Sequence record: MF402939
DNA: 64,000 bases
Origin: Escherichia phage OSYSP
Strand: one strand, 5' to 3'
In this document: positions 1-9,962 of the stretch, in pieces
How the letters are laid out: the number at the start of each line of letters is the position of its first letter
How positions within the stretch are numbered: the first letter of the stretch is position 1
Program-made: the position numbers and the translations under genes
Notes under the pieces: generated by a model
Databases searched by the model: none
Told to the model about the DNA's origin: nothing
What the model saw: only the letters and a program-made list of their open reading frames with translations

Positions 1-1
1 T

Positions 2-865
2 ATTGATCCACCAATTGTAGTCAGTAATATTCAAACAGTGAATAAACACGCGAATAATCTTTCTAAAGTATTCGGTACTGTTATAGTTGATGAAGTTCAC
101 CATTGTGTGGCTACAACTTTCACTAACTTCCTAGAAATATCATGTGCTCGCTATAAAATTGGACTATCCGGTACACTAAAACGAAAAGATGGTTTACAAG
201 TTATGTTCAAAGATTTCTTTGGATATAAGATATTTAGCCCGCCGGTTAATAATACTGTTGCACCTACAATCCATAGGTACTCCGTGCCTGTTGAGCTATC
301 AGGAAACCAAAACGTGCCGTGGGCATTACGTGCTAACGATGTGTATAATCATCCTGAATATCGAGAGACTATTATAAACCTAGCACATTTATATGTGAAT
401 ATGGGACATAAAGTACTCATTGTAAGTGATAGAACAGAGTTAATCCAAACAGTACTAGAAGCACTATCTCAGAGAGGAGTCACAACCTATGAGATTATTG
501 GCGCAACTCACTTAGATGACCGATTAAAAATTCAGGAAGATATAGCAAAAGGTGGGCCTTGTGTGCTTGCAGCAGCTCAAAGTATCTTCTCTGAGGGTAT
601 TTCCCTTAATGAGCTATCTTGTTTAATAATGGGAAGCCTTATTAATAATGAATCTCTCATTGAACAGCTTGCAGGCCGTGTTCAACGTATTGTCGATGGT
701 AAACTCGACCCTATTGTTGTAGATCTAATTATGAAAGGTGGCACTGGACTAAGACAGGCTTCTGGACGTATGGCAGTATATCGTAACAACGGGTGGAAAA
801 CTATTACTATGACTCCGGAGAAAGCAGTTCAATTAGCTAAAATTGCATTTGGCAACAGCTCATAA
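2..865 (+). CDS. SF2 DExH-box DNA helicase, C-terminal portion (5' end outside window)
   Basis: Frame is open from base 2 with no upstream stop; motif II VIVDEVHH, motif III SGT and motif VI QLAGRVQR; sits upstream of SbcCD-like genes as in the T5 replication module. Confidence 0.8.
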   Translation: MDPPIVVSNIQTVNKHANNLSKVFGTVIVDEVHHCVATTFTNFLEISCARYKIGLSGTLKRKDGLQVMFKDFFGYKIFSPPVNNTVAPTIHRYSVPVELSGNQNVPWALRANDVYNHPEYRETIINLAHLYVNMGHKVLIVSDRTELIQTVLEALSQRGVTTYEIIGATHLDDRLKIQEDIAKGGPCVLAAAQSIFSEGISLNELSCLIMGSLINNESLIEQLAGRVQRIVDGKLDPIVVDLIMKGGTGLRQASGRMAVYRNNGWKTITMTPEKAVQLAKIAFGNSS

Positions 866-877
866 ATGATGTATAAT
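849..877 (+). promoter_or_regulatory. Sigma70-type early promoter (TTGGCA, 17 bp spacer, TATAAT) with CATAAATTTGAGAGAG start region
   Basis: -35/-10 hexamers read directly; downstream sequence closely resembles the start region of the T5 PN25 promoter as remembered. Confidence 0.6.
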
Positions 878-950
878 ATATACATAAATTTGAGAGAGAG
901 AAAGTTTCGGATTGATAAGAAAGTCCGAAGCAGAAAAATAAAAATTTTAG

Positions 951-980
951 TTGCTAAATTCTCTCGAAATCTAGTATAAT
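951..980 (+). promoter_or_regulatory. Second copy of early promoter (TTGCTA, 18 bp spacer, TATAAT) with A-rich upstream element
   Basis: Near-duplicate of the 849-877 promoter about 100 bp downstream; GTATAATATATACATAAATT shared by both. Confidence 0.6.
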
Positions 981-1087
981 ATATACATAAATTCGAGGAG
1001 AAAACAAAAATTAAATTCTTCGATTATGAAAAGCTATACTTACTAGCTAGAGGAAATTCCGACCTAATTATTAAGCTATTCAAAAGA

Positions 1088-1372
1088 ATGCTTACGGAGC
1101 CTGATGCTCACCAATTATTGGTCGGTTCCTCATTCATTTTGAATGAATCAACAATAGTTGATAATCCAAATAAATTGTCTAATAGACAACTGGCAGAATA
1201 TCTAGGAATTTTAAGTCTACGAAATTATGCCGAATACAAGTTTACAAACGATCCTAGTTTGGACATACAATATGTTCCAGTATGGATACCACGTTTAGTA
1301 ATCGACACTAACCCACTAATCGCAATTAACAAATCGAAATTAATCTTTAAAGAGGAAATAAAATATGGCTAA
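1088..1372 (+). CDS. Hypothetical small protein (94 aa)
   Basis: ORF between the tandem promoters and the next gene; no clear Shine-Dalgarno; no recognisable motif. Confidence 0.3.
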   Translation: MLTEPDAHQLLVGSSFILNESTIVDNPNKLSNRQLAEYLGILSLRNYAEYKFTNDPSLDIQYVPVWIPRLVIDTNPLIAINKSKLIFKEEIKYG

Positions 1373-2138
1373 GTCTTGGGGCGAAACTACTGGCGGTTCT
1401 AACGATAAAATCGAATTCCTGAAGTTCAACAACGGTATCACTCGTGTTCGTATCGTTTCTGGTGTTCTTCCACGTTATGTCTATTGGCTGACTAATAAAG
1501 AGGGTAGCGTAGCTCCTTTCGAATGTCTCCGTTTTAACCGTGACAAAGAGAGTTTTGTTCGTGGTAAAGCTGATCCGGTTCATGAGATGGGCTTCTTTGA
1601 GAAAGAGCTGGATAAAGATGGTAATCGCGTTCCGCTGAAACCGAAGAAAAACTATATCGCTTTTGTTATCGACCGTTCTGATAACAAACTGAAAGTAATG
1701 GAAGTCAAAGCTACTATTCTGAAAGGCATCCAGTCTATCATGAAGCAGTTGAATCTGGCAACTCCGTTTGATATTGATATTTCTATCGAGAAAAAAGGTA
1801 AAGGTTTCGATACTGAGTATGATGTACAGCAGATTGCTGCTATGCAGTTCCAGATTAAGCTGCAAGATCCTAACAGTGCAGAATCTAAGCAATATGCTGC
1901 GGATGTAGATCTGATTGGTGAAGCTATGTGTGACGAAGATGGCGACATCATTAAGTTCGAAAAAGTTCCTTCTCTGGAACAAACTTATCCGGTTCCTACC
2001 TATGAAGAGCAGAAAGAAGCAATTCAAGCCTTCATGGAAGGTCGTGAGAATAAAGATGATGATGCCAAGTCTGGTAACAGCACTGCTGGTTCCCAGAAAG
2101 GTATTGATCACGAAGCTGCAAGCGATCTGGATGACTAA
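1365..2138 (+). CDS. Replication-module protein of uncertain function with acidic C-terminal tail (possibly DNA-binding)
   Basis: Strong RBS AAAGAGGAAAT; driven by tandem strong promoters and followed by an intrinsic terminator; ends in DLDD; position corresponds to T5 D11 region. Confidence 0.6.
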   Translation: MAKSWGETTGGSNDKIEFLKFNNGITRVRIVSGVLPRYVYWLTNKEGSVAPFECLRFNRDKESFVRGKADPVHEMGFFEKELDKDGNRVPLKPKKNYIAFVIDRSDNKLKVMEVKATILKGIQSIMKQLNLATPFDIDISIEKKGKGFDTEYDVQQIAAMQFQIKLQDPNSAESKQYAADVDLIGEAMCDEDGDIIKFEKVPSLEQTYPVPTYEEQKEAIQAFMEGRENKDDDAKSGNSTAGSQKGIDHEAASDLDD

Positions 2139-2143
2139 TAAAT

Positions 2144-2169
2144 AGAGGGGCTTCGGCCCCTTTCTTTTT
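2144..2169 (+). terminator. Rho-independent terminator
   Basis: GC hairpin GAGGGGC-TTCG-GCCCCT followed by TTTCTTTTT. Confidence 0.7.
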
Positions 2170-2174
2170 AACCA

Positions 2175-3152
2175 ATGAGAATATTATTTAGTGCTGATCA
2201 TCATATCAAACTAGGACAGGATAAAGTTCCAAAGGAATGGCAGAAGCGTCGCTTCCTGATGCTAGGAGAACGGTTAAATGATATATTCCATAATCATAAC
2301 TGTGATCTTCATATTGCTGGTGGTGATATACTTGATGTTGCCGACCCGTCGTCAGAAGAAATAGAACTGCTTGAACAGTTCATGTCAAGACTTGACCATC
2401 CAGGCAAAATCTTTACTGGAAATCATGAAATGTTAACTAAAACCATTTCGTGTCTATATCATTATGCGGGGGTTATTAATAAAGTAACTAGTGGGAAGTG
2501 GGAAGTAATTACCAAACCATATCGTTCCCCTGAATTTGATATTGTTCCGTATGATGAAATCCATAAGTCTAAGTGGAAACCATCTGAATCAAAACTATGT
2601 TTCACGCATGTTCGTGGTGAAATCCCTCCACATGTAAAACCAGAAATTGATCTAACTAAGTACAACTGTTATGATACTGTAATTGCTGGCGATTTACATT
2701 CTTATACTAATAGCCAGACTATCGGATCTACTAGACTCCTCTACCCAGGGTCTCCATTAACTACATCGTTCCATAGAGAACGCACAAAAGGTACAAATGG
2801 TTGCTTTATCATTGATACCGACACATTAAAAGTAGAATGGATTGAACTAGGTGATTTACCACAACTGATCCGTAAAACAATCGGAGCAGGTGAAGAGATG
2901 GAACCTAGTGATTATGATCGTGTAGTCTACGAAGTTACTGGTGACGTTGTTCAATTAAAGTCTATCAAAGACTCTGATTTATTAGATAAGAAGATTAACC
3001 ATCGAGTTACTAAAGATGCTAAGTTAAATCTTGTTGATCTTGATATGTTGGGCGAACTTGAACTTTACTTCCGTGAAGTCGAGAAGCTATCTCAAGGCGA
3101 CATTGATAGAATCTTGGCTAGAGCTGCGAAATATGTCAAAGATTACAATTAA
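2175..3152 (+). CDS. SbcD/Mre11-like metallophosphoesterase nuclease
   Basis: Calcineurin-like motifs ADHH, GGDILD, GNHE, GDLHS; overlaps and precedes a Rad50-like ATPase. Confidence 0.85.
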   Translation: MRILFSADHHIKLGQDKVPKEWQKRRFLMLGERLNDIFHNHNCDLHIAGGDILDVADPSSEEIELLEQFMSRLDHPGKIFTGNHEMLTKTISCLYHYAGVINKVTSGKWEVITKPYRSPEFDIVPYDEIHKSKWKPSESKLCFTHVRGEIPPHVKPEIDLTKYNCYDTVIAGDLHSYTNSQTIGSTRLLYPGSPLTTSFHRERTKGTNGCFIIDTDTLKVEWIELGDLPQLIRKTIGAGEEMEPSDYDRVVYEVTGDVVQLKSIKDSDLLDKKINHRVTKDAKLNLVDLDMLGELELYFREVEKLSQGDIDRILARAAKYVKDYN

Positions 3153-4971
3153 GACACTAAAATTTAGTAACGTTATGTCTTACGGTAAGGACATCGTAAT
3201 TCATTTCGATAAGAATCCAGTTACTCAACTAATCGGTGGCAATGGGCTAGGGAAATCTACTATCGCCACGGTTATAGAAGAGCTGTTCTATAATAAGAAC
3301 TCACGTGGTATTAAGAAAGATGCTCTGTTCTCTTGGTCTTCTCCGAAAAAAGAGTATGATATGCACGCTTACTTCTCAAAAGATGAAGATGAGTATGAAT
3401 TGCATAAAGTAGTTAAATCAACTGCTAAGGTTACACTCATTAAGAATGGAGAAGATATTAGTGGGCATACGGCAACCCAAACATATAAGATGATTGAAGA
3501 AATTATGGGGGGTGACTTTCAAACATTCACCAAACTGATTTATCAATCAGTGGGTTCTAATCTAGACTTCCTAAAAGCAACAGATGCAACACGTAAGGCT
3601 TTTCTTGTTAACTTGTTCAATCAAGAGCAATACAAAGAAATGTCAGAAACTATTAAGGCTGACCGTAAAGAAATAGCAAATACCTTAAATAATTTGCAGG
3701 GCCAGATGGCTGTAATTACGAAAATCCTTAATGGAAAAAATAATCTAGGAACTTTGCAGGAACCTGTAGAGGTGCCGGAGTTTGATGAAGAGCCATTAGC
3801 ACAAGAACTTACTGAATCGAAAATTAAGGCGGCATTAGCCAAGTCTCAAGAGGCTAATATTACTAAGTTGCGTAATTTGGACAAAGCTGTACAAGTTGCC
3901 GAACAATCTTTCGAACCTTTCAAAAATTTGCCCGCGCCCACCGACCAAAGTGAAGAGATCTCGAGTGTTACGCGTGACCTAACGATTGTGACCTCACGTG
4001 CGAGCGAAGTTAAGAAACGTTATCAGAAGTTCAAGCAAGAGGCTTCAAATACTGAATGCCCTACTTGCGGTACTCATCTGGATACAACTGCTGCCCAAAA
4101 AGCAATGGATATGGCTAGAACAGAATATGATCCTCTGTTCAAAGAGAAGCAATCTCTTGAAGCTAAGCTAGAACAGTTGAAGAAAGAACAACTTGAGTAC
4201 GTTGCGTATACTAGAGCAAAGGATGCTTTGGATAAAGCGGTGGTAGCTAGAGACGAGTTCAAAAATTCAATGAGTGATGCTTCTTTTGAAGAACTCAATG
4301 TGCAAATCCTACAGGTGCAAATCCGACAATTAGAACAGGAAATCGCTGATGGCCGCTCTAAGGTTGCAATTGCCAAAGAGCATAATGCAAATGTCGAATT
4401 AGCCAACGCAAAATATAAAGCGAAACTAGAACAGATTGAGAAAGCTGAAGCAGAAATGTCTGAGATTACTTCCAAACTTGATGGAGTAGCCGAAGCTGTA
4501 GCTGATCTTGATATTCTAATTGCTGCTTTGAAAAATCTGGTGGGATATAAACTAGAGCATAGTGTGAAAGTATTCGAAGAATTAATTAATAAATACCTTT
4601 CTATTATGACTGGAGGTAAATTCGCACTTGGATTTGAACTTGATGAAACGAAGTTACAAGTAGTAATCTTCAATGATGGAAATCGTACCAGTATGGAGAA
4701 CTGCTCTACTGGTCAGCAAAGTAGAATTAATCTAGCAACCCTGTTAGCTATTCGTATGCTGTTAACATCTATTAGTAAAGTTAATATTAATCTTCTATTC
4801 CTTGATGAAGTAATTAGCTTTATTGATACGAAAGGACTTGATACTCTCGTTGAACTATTAAATGAGGAAGAAAGTCTAAATTCTATCATTGTTTCTCATG
4901 GGCATACGCATCCATTAGCTCATAAGATTACTGTCAAAAAAGATGCAGAAGGATTTTCCTACTTAGAATAA
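3133..4971 (+). CDS. SbcC/Rad50-like ATPase with coiled coil and zinc hook
   Basis: Start taken at MSKITIK (ATG 3133) rather than the track ATG at 3031; Walker A GGNGLGKST, CPTC hook motif in a long coiled-coil region, signature-like STGQQS, Walker B LLFLDEV. Confidence 0.85.
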   Translation: MSKITIKTLKFSNVMSYGKDIVIHFDKNPVTQLIGGNGLGKSTIATVIEELFYNKNSRGIKKDALFSWSSPKKEYDMHAYFSKDEDEYELHKVVKSTAKVTLIKNGEDISGHTATQTYKMIEEIMGGDFQTFTKLIYQSVGSNLDFLKATDATRKAFLVNLFNQEQYKEMSETIKADRKEIANTLNNLQGQMAVITKILNGKNNLGTLQEPVEVPEFDEEPLAQELTESKIKAALAKSQEANITKLRNLDKAVQVAEQSFEPFKNLPAPTDQSEEISSVTRDLTIVTSRASEVKKRYQKFKQEASNTECPTCGTHLDTTAAQKAMDMARTEYDPLFKEKQSLEAKLEQLKKEQLEYVAYTRAKDALDKAVVARDEFKNSMSDASFEELNVQILQVQIRQLEQEIADGRSKVAIAKEHNANVELANAKYKAKLEQIEKAEAEMSEITSKLDGVAEAVADLDILIAALKNLVGYKLEHSVKVFEELINKYLSIMTGGKFALGFELDETKLQVVIFNDGNRTSMENCSTGQQSRINLATLLAIRMLLTSISKVNINLLFLDEVISFIDTKGLDTLVELLNEEESLNSIIVSHGHTHPLAHKITVKKDAEGFSYLE

Positions 4972-4974
4972 AAC

Positions 4975-5457
4975 ATGGCTGTAGATAGTAGAGAGAAAGG
5001 TAAACGTGGTGAATATCAGGTAAGGGATATTCTACGTGAGCGTACAGGTCTTGAGTGGGAACGTGTTCCTGGCTCTGGTGCTTTTGGCCAGAGCCACGGA
5101 CTGAAGGGTGACATCTACCTTCCACCACAAAGCGGACACATTAGTAAATACTGCTTCGAAGTTAAGTGGTATAAAGATGATAATATATCAAGTAATTTAT
5201 TTAATGTTGGTGAATCCACTCTAGAGAAGTGGTGGCAGCAGTGCTCACGTGAAGGTGAGCAGATGAACTCCAAACCTGCATTAATATTCAAAAAAGACAG
5301 AGGACAGTGGTTAATAGCTTTGGATAGCTCAGACCCGATGGTTGACAACTTAATGAGTCGTACCCATATGGTGTTAAATAAGAAAGGCATGGAAATCGTA
5401 ATCGGTTTATTTGAGCCGTGGCTACATAATGCATCTGTTGAGGACTTAATTAAATAA
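4975..5457 (+). CDS. Putative PD-(D/E)XK nuclease (possible junction resolvase)
   Basis: GD...FEVK arrangement typical of PD-(D/E)XK cores; location between SbcC-like and flap endonuclease genes. Confidence 0.55.
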   Translation: MAVDSREKGKRGEYQVRDILRERTGLEWERVPGSGAFGQSHGLKGDIYLPPQSGHISKYCFEVKWYKDDNISSNLFNVGESTLEKWWQQCSREGEQMNSKPALIFKKDRGQWLIALDSSDPMVDNLMSRTHMVLNKKGMEIVIGLFEPWLHNASVEDLIK

Positions 5458-6332
5458 TGAGTAAATCCTGGGGAAAATTTATTGAAGAAGAGGAAGCTGA
5501 AATGGCTTCCCGTCGTAACCTAATGATTGTCGATGGAACTAACTTAGGCTTTCGCTTCAAACATAACAACAGTAAAAAACCATTTGCCTCAAGTTATGTT
5601 TCCACTATTCAATCTTTAGCAAAATCCTACTCCGCAAGAACTACGATTGTTCTAGGTGATAAGGGGAAATCTGTATTTCGTCTAGAACATCTACCAGAGT
5701 ATAAAGGTAATCGTGATGAAAAGTATGCACAACGTACAGAAGAAGAGAAAGCACTGGATGAACAGTTCTTTGAGTATTTGAAAGATGCTTTCGAGTTGTG
5801 TGAAACTACATTCCCAACTTTTACCATTCGTGGTGTAGAAGCAGATGATATGGCAGCTTATATTGTTAAACTCATCGGGCATCTTTATGATCACGTTTGG
5901 TTGATTTCTACCGATGGTGACTGGGATACGTTATTAACGGATAAAGTTTCTCGATTTTCTTTTACTACACGTCGTGAGTATCATCTTCGTGATATGTATG
6001 AACATCATAATGTTGATGATGTTGAGCAGTTTATCTCCCTGAAAGCAATTATGGGTGATCTAGGGGATAATATTCGCGGCGTTGAAGGTATTGGGGCAAA
6101 ACGCGGATATAATATTATTCGTGAGTTTGGTAACGTACTAGATATTATTGATCAGCTTCCACTGCCTGGAAAACAGAAATATATACAGAATCTGAATGCA
6201 TCGGAAGAACTGCTTTTCCGAAACTTGATTCTGGTTGATTTACCGACGTATTGTGTAGATGCTATTGCTGCCGCAGGGCAAGATGTATTAGATAAATTTA
6301 CAAAAGATATTTTGGAGATTGCAGGACAATGA
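5457..6332 (+). CDS. Flap endonuclease / 5'-3' exonuclease
   Basis: 291 aa as for T5 5'-exonuclease; N-terminal MIVDGTNLGFR; H3TH-like GDLGDNIRGVEGIGAKRG. Confidence 0.9.
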   Translation: MSKSWGKFIEEEEAEMASRRNLMIVDGTNLGFRFKHNNSKKPFASSYVSTIQSLAKSYSARTTIVLGDKGKSVFRLEHLPEYKGNRDEKYAQRTEEEKALDEQFFEYLKDAFELCETTFPTFTIRGVEADDMAAYIVKLIGHLYDHVWLISTDGDWDTLLTDKVSRFSFTTRREYHLRDMYEHHNVDDVEQFISLKAIMGDLGDNIRGVEGIGAKRGYNIIREFGNVLDIIDQLPLPGKQKYIQNLNASEELLFRNLILVDLPTYCVDAIAAAGQDVLDKFTKDILEIAGQ

Positions 6333-6775
6333 TTAAAATTAAATTAACTCACCCAGATTGTATGCCTAAGATTGGTTCCGAAGATGCCGCAGGTATGGAT
6401 CTGCGAGCATTCTTTGGTACTAACCCTGCCGCAGATTTACGTGCTATTGCACCAGGCAAATCCTTAATGATTGACACCGGTGTCGCGGTGTCAATTCCGC
6501 GAGGCTGGTTCGGTTTGGTGGTTCCTCGTAGCTCTTTAGGTAAGCGCCATTTGATGATTGCAAACACCGCAGGGGTGATCGACTCAGACTATCGTGGTAC
6601 TATTAAGATGAACCTCTATAATTACGGTTCTGAAATGCAAACTCTGGAGAATTTCGAGAGACTTTGTCAGCTAGTAGTGCTACCACACTATTCAACTCGT
6701 AATTTTGAAATAGTTGACGAACTAGAGGAGACTATTCGTGGAGAAGGTGGATTTGGAAGCTCAGGAAGCAAATAA
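6329..6775 (+). CDS. dut: dUTP diphosphatase
   Basis: dUTPase motifs AAGMDLRA, PRSSLGKRH, GVIDSDYRGTI and C-terminal RGEGGFGSSG. Confidence 0.9.
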   Translation: MIKIKLTHPDCMPKIGSEDAAGMDLRAFFGTNPAADLRAIAPGKSLMIDTGVAVSIPRGWFGLVVPRSSLGKRHLMIANTAGVIDSDYRGTIKMNLYNYGSEMQTLENFERLCQLVVLPHYSTRNFEIVDELEETIRGEGGFGSSGSK

Positions 6776-6995
6776 TTTTACTGATCCTAATATGGTAGGT
6801 ATTGATACTAATATGTCGGCTTATCAGATTAAAACTGAACCAGAAAAGTATGTACTGAAAACAGACAAAGAAGGTAATGTTACTTTCTGGGATCCTGAAG
6901 GTTTTGTGGAGCTTTGTACTAATAGTGACAACGAGCATTTAAAAATACTATTAACCATTTATAATCTTGGTATTATAGAAGGTTGTAGAAGCTAG
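6738..6995 (+). CDS. Hypothetical small protein (GTG start, overlaps dut 3' end)
   Basis: ORF with GAGGAG 8 nt upstream of GTG; no motif recognised. Confidence 0.3.
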   Translation: MEKVDLEAQEANNFTDPNMVGIDTNMSAYQIKTEPEKYVLKTDKEGNVTFWDPEGFVELCTNSDNEHLKILLTIYNLGIIEGCRS

Positions 6996-7001
6996 TTATA
7001 G

Positions 7002-7040
7002 AAAAACCCCAGCGGATTTTGTCCGCTGGGGTTTCTTTTT
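7002..7040. terminator. Bidirectional rho-independent terminator between convergent dut region and tail-fibre gene
   Basis: AAAAACCCCAGCGG-loop-CCGCTGGGGTTTCTTTTT, A-run and T-run on either side. Confidence 0.8.
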
Positions 7041-7052
7041 ACTATGTATACA

Positions 7053-9962
7053 TTATGAGTTATCTGGCTTAATGAGCTCACTCACAAGTTTTTTCAGTTC
7101 GGTTAATTCTTGCTCAAGTTTGTTAACTTTATCAGCTTGATAACGAAATGCACAAGCTAAATCCGCCATAATTACGTTATTATCAAGAGCTAATGTATCG
7201 TCCGCTTTATCAACAACAATTTGACGGTCTACATATTCTTCACCTTCTTCATTAACACCTATAACATCTGCAAAAATATCCCCGCCAGGAATTAATTTTA
7301 CATATTCCGGGTCTATTTTTAGTAGGTCTTGGGCTATTAAACCAAATCGCTGGATGTTGCTTCCATTGTATTTAAACATTGTAGGCAGCCACTGCATAAC
7401 GCGATCATAGCTTTCTTTTCCATCTGTATAAATTATATCATGCTTTAAATCTCTGTCAGAGTTGGCGGCCTTTTGAAAAATGAAATTTCCACTTGATGAC
7501 CATGTAGTTATATCGTTTGATGCTGGCTGAAACTGGAAGTTACAGAAAAAATTGCCATCACCACGAAGCCTTAACGAGCAAAAAGGCCAAGCATTATTTC
7601 CCTGTGGGATAAGACCCCAAGTTGCACGAATTGGATAACCACCAGTTGATTGTGTACCCCATGAAAGTCCAGGCGCCCATCCACCATCATTGTTAGGAAT
7701 AATCTCGCCCCAAACAAGAGCATTACCCCAATAGTTAGGATCATCCCAGCCCATTTGTTGGGTTTTGCCAGTGTATTGGGCGGAATGAGTTCTGCCGTCA
7801 GGGTAAAACTTGTGCATATAGGCCTGTATCCCTGCTTGATACAATTCTATTCCAAAAGATTCAATGTGTGTGTCGCCTCTTCTGATTAAACCAGCGATAG
7901 CGTAATCGTCATACCAATTGTAACGACTTACACCAGTCCATGTGTTTATGGGTGGATTCATGGTTGAAAATAGTTGTGACGCATTGCGTTCATTCCCGTC
8001 TGCATAAATACCAGCCCCCGGAGCTAATGAGATTGATTTTGCTCCTGAAAAAGTACCATTTTCATTAAATTGATAATAGTGAAACAAGTTATTATGAAAC
8101 ACACCTATTGTATGTTTTCCTACGCCTACTTGAGTTTCGAAATAAGACTGAGAAGAACCAATATCCTCGCCTTGTGTGTTCTTTAATTTTGAATGGTATA
8201 TACCTGCGTTTGCAGTATTTGCATTTTCCGTTTCATTTTCAACATTAAGGCTTAGAAATTTTGGTGCATGTTTTTCGCCAAGTCCTATATTGTTTCTAAT
8301 ACCATTCGCATCCTTAGCACCCGTACCACCAAATTGAATACCTAGTGGTAGCCATTGATTGGTTGTAGCATCATAAACGCCCCAATGATCCCCACCATCT
8401 GGAATGGTTAGATACTTGTTTTTATTTGGGGAATATAAAACTGTTTCACCAGAAGTCTGAAACAGCCTATCAACTCCTAAATTATATCTAGCACCTTCAA
8501 GTGTATCCGCTCCAGTACCACCAGCAATAATTGATAATGGAAGAGATTCCCATGAGATACCATCACCATTTATGTTTTTCTGGAGTACAATAAGCCCATC
8601 ATCTCGCATAACAAATCTATATAATCTATTATGCGAGTATAAAAAAGTATGAACCCCATCCTGCACAAGTGAGTCTATAAGGAGCGTCTGACGAGAAGCA
8701 TTAATATCCGACAGATCTGAAAGATTATTTTCTTTTAGTAACGATTTACCAATAATACCTTCAGCTTTTCCAGCAGCCACTTCTGCACGTCCAGCGTCGG
8801 TAGATGCGCTTTGTGCGCTACTAGCAGCATTACTAGCTTGTTGCCCGGCCTCAACAGCACTGTTACCCGCTTGTGTAGCGGAAATAGCAGCGGCGTCTTT
8901 TAGCACGGTAGTTTCGGACACAGCGGCATCCTTAATTGCTTGCGTCTCGCTTACTGCACTATCCTTAATAGTCTGTGTGTCAGACTTTAATTTTTCAACA
9001 TCTGCTTTTAAAGCTGTTGTTTCACCTACAGCGGCATCCTTAATTGCTTGCGTCTCGCTTACTGCACTATCCTTAATAGTCTGTGTGTCAGACTTTAATT
9101 TTTCAACATCTGCTTTTAAAGCTGTTGTTTCACCTACAGCGCTATCTTTAATTAGTTGAGTATCTGATTTTAGTTGCTCAACATCTGATTTTAAGCCTTG
9201 AATAGTGGTTACTGACTGACTAGCTGAGGTTGCAGAACTAGCTGCGTTAGTCTCACTATCTTTGGCTTTAGTCTCACTAGTTTTAGCATTTGTTTCACTA
9301 GTTTTAGCATTTGTTTCAGAGGTTTTTGCAGCAGACGCTGATGTAGCAGCTTGTGTAGAGAATGTTTCCGCCTCATTCCTAAAACCACTGGAATCCGCAG
9401 CGGAAGCGGCAGCATTAGTCTCACTGATTTTTGCTTTATCTTCACTAATTTTTGCAACAGCAGCAGATGCAGCAGCATTAGTCTCACTGATTTTTGCTTT
9501 ATCTTCACTAGCCTTTGCATTAATTTCGCTAGTTTTAGCTTTATCTTCACTAGCCTTTGCATTAATTTCGCTAGTTTTAGCTTTATCTTCACTAGTCTTT
9601 GCATTAGTTTCGGATATTTTAGCTGCTGCAGCGGATTCTGCAGACTTATTGGCTGACGTTGCGGACTGAGTAGCAGAAGTAGCTGATTGGGTAGCCGATG
9701 CTTCAGAAGCTTCCGCGGAAATCGCAGCTTCCTGTTCAGAATTCTTAGCATTAAGCTCTGAAGTCTTAGCAGCTATTTCAGAATCTTTTGCAGCCGCAGC
9801 AGATTTAGCAGTGGCCTCTATAGAAGATACTAACTCATTAGCAGTAATAGAGCTAATAGAATTTCCAAGAGTTACTGTGTATCTAGGAAATTTACTAGCA
9901 GTAGCTTTAGTATCATCAATATTTAATATTTGTTGTACAATAATCTTAGTAGTTATTGCCAT
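7053..9962 (-). CDS. L-shaped tail fibre protein (pb1-like) with C-terminal intramolecular chaperone domain
   Basis: 969 aa; Ala/Ser/Thr/Lys-rich repeat region encoded by tandem DNA repeats; C-terminal segment resembles autocleaving chaperone domains of fibre proteins; first gene of late module as in T5. Confidence 0.75.
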   Translation of the reverse strand: MAITTKIIVQQILNIDDTKATASKFPRYTVTLGNSISSITANELVSSIEATAKSAAAAKDSEIAAKTSELNAKNSEQEAAISAEASEASATQSATSATQSATSANKSAESAAAAKISETNAKTSEDKAKTSEINAKASEDKAKTSEINAKASEDKAKISETNAAASAAVAKISEDKAKISETNAAASAADSSGFRNEAETFSTQAATSASAAKTSETNAKTSETNAKTSETKAKDSETNAASSATSASQSVTTIQGLKSDVEQLKSDTQLIKDSAVGETTALKADVEKLKSDTQTIKDSAVSETQAIKDAAVGETTALKADVEKLKSDTQTIKDSAVSETQAIKDAAVSETTVLKDAAAISATQAGNSAVEAGQQASNAASSAQSASTDAGRAEVAAGKAEGIIGKSLLKENNLSDLSDINASRQTLLIDSLVQDGVHTFLYSHNRLYRFVMRDDGLIVLQKNINGDGISWESLPLSIIAGGTGADTLEGARYNLGVDRLFQTSGETVLYSPNKNKYLTIPDGGDHWGVYDATTNQWLPLGIQFGGTGAKDANGIRNNIGLGEKHAPKFLSLNVENETENANTANAGIYHSKLKNTQGEDIGSSQSYFETQVGVGKHTIGVFHNNLFHYYQFNENGTFSGAKSISLAPGAGIYADGNERNASQLFSTMNPPINTWTGVSRYNWYDDYAIAGLIRRGDTHIESFGIELYQAGIQAYMHKFYPDGRTHSAQYTGKTQQMGWDDPNYWGNALVWGEIIPNNDGGWAPGLSWGTQSTGGYPIRATWGLIPQGNNAWPFCSLRLRGDGNFFCNFQFQPASNDITTWSSSGNFIFQKAANSDRDLKHDIIYTDGKESYDRVMQWLPTMFKYNGSNIQRFGLIAQDLLKIDPEYVKLIPGGDIFADVIGVNEEGEEYVDRQIVVDKADDTLALDNNVIMADLACAFRYQADKVNKLEQELTELKKLVSELIKPDNS

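Noticed and set aside
3031-3132. N-terminal extension of the SbcC-like ORF from the ATG at 3031
   Set aside because: The extension lies inside the SbcD-like gene in another frame; the Walker A-containing N-terminus begins at MSKITIK (3133), which gives the usual short overlap of the two genes.
8977-9751. Several ORFs on both strands inside the tail-fibre gene (8977..9159 +, 9209..9751 -, 9262..9669 +, 9351..9656 +)
   Set aside because: They are low-complexity translations of the tandem DNA repeats in alternative frames and sit entirely within the 969-aa tail-fibre ORF.
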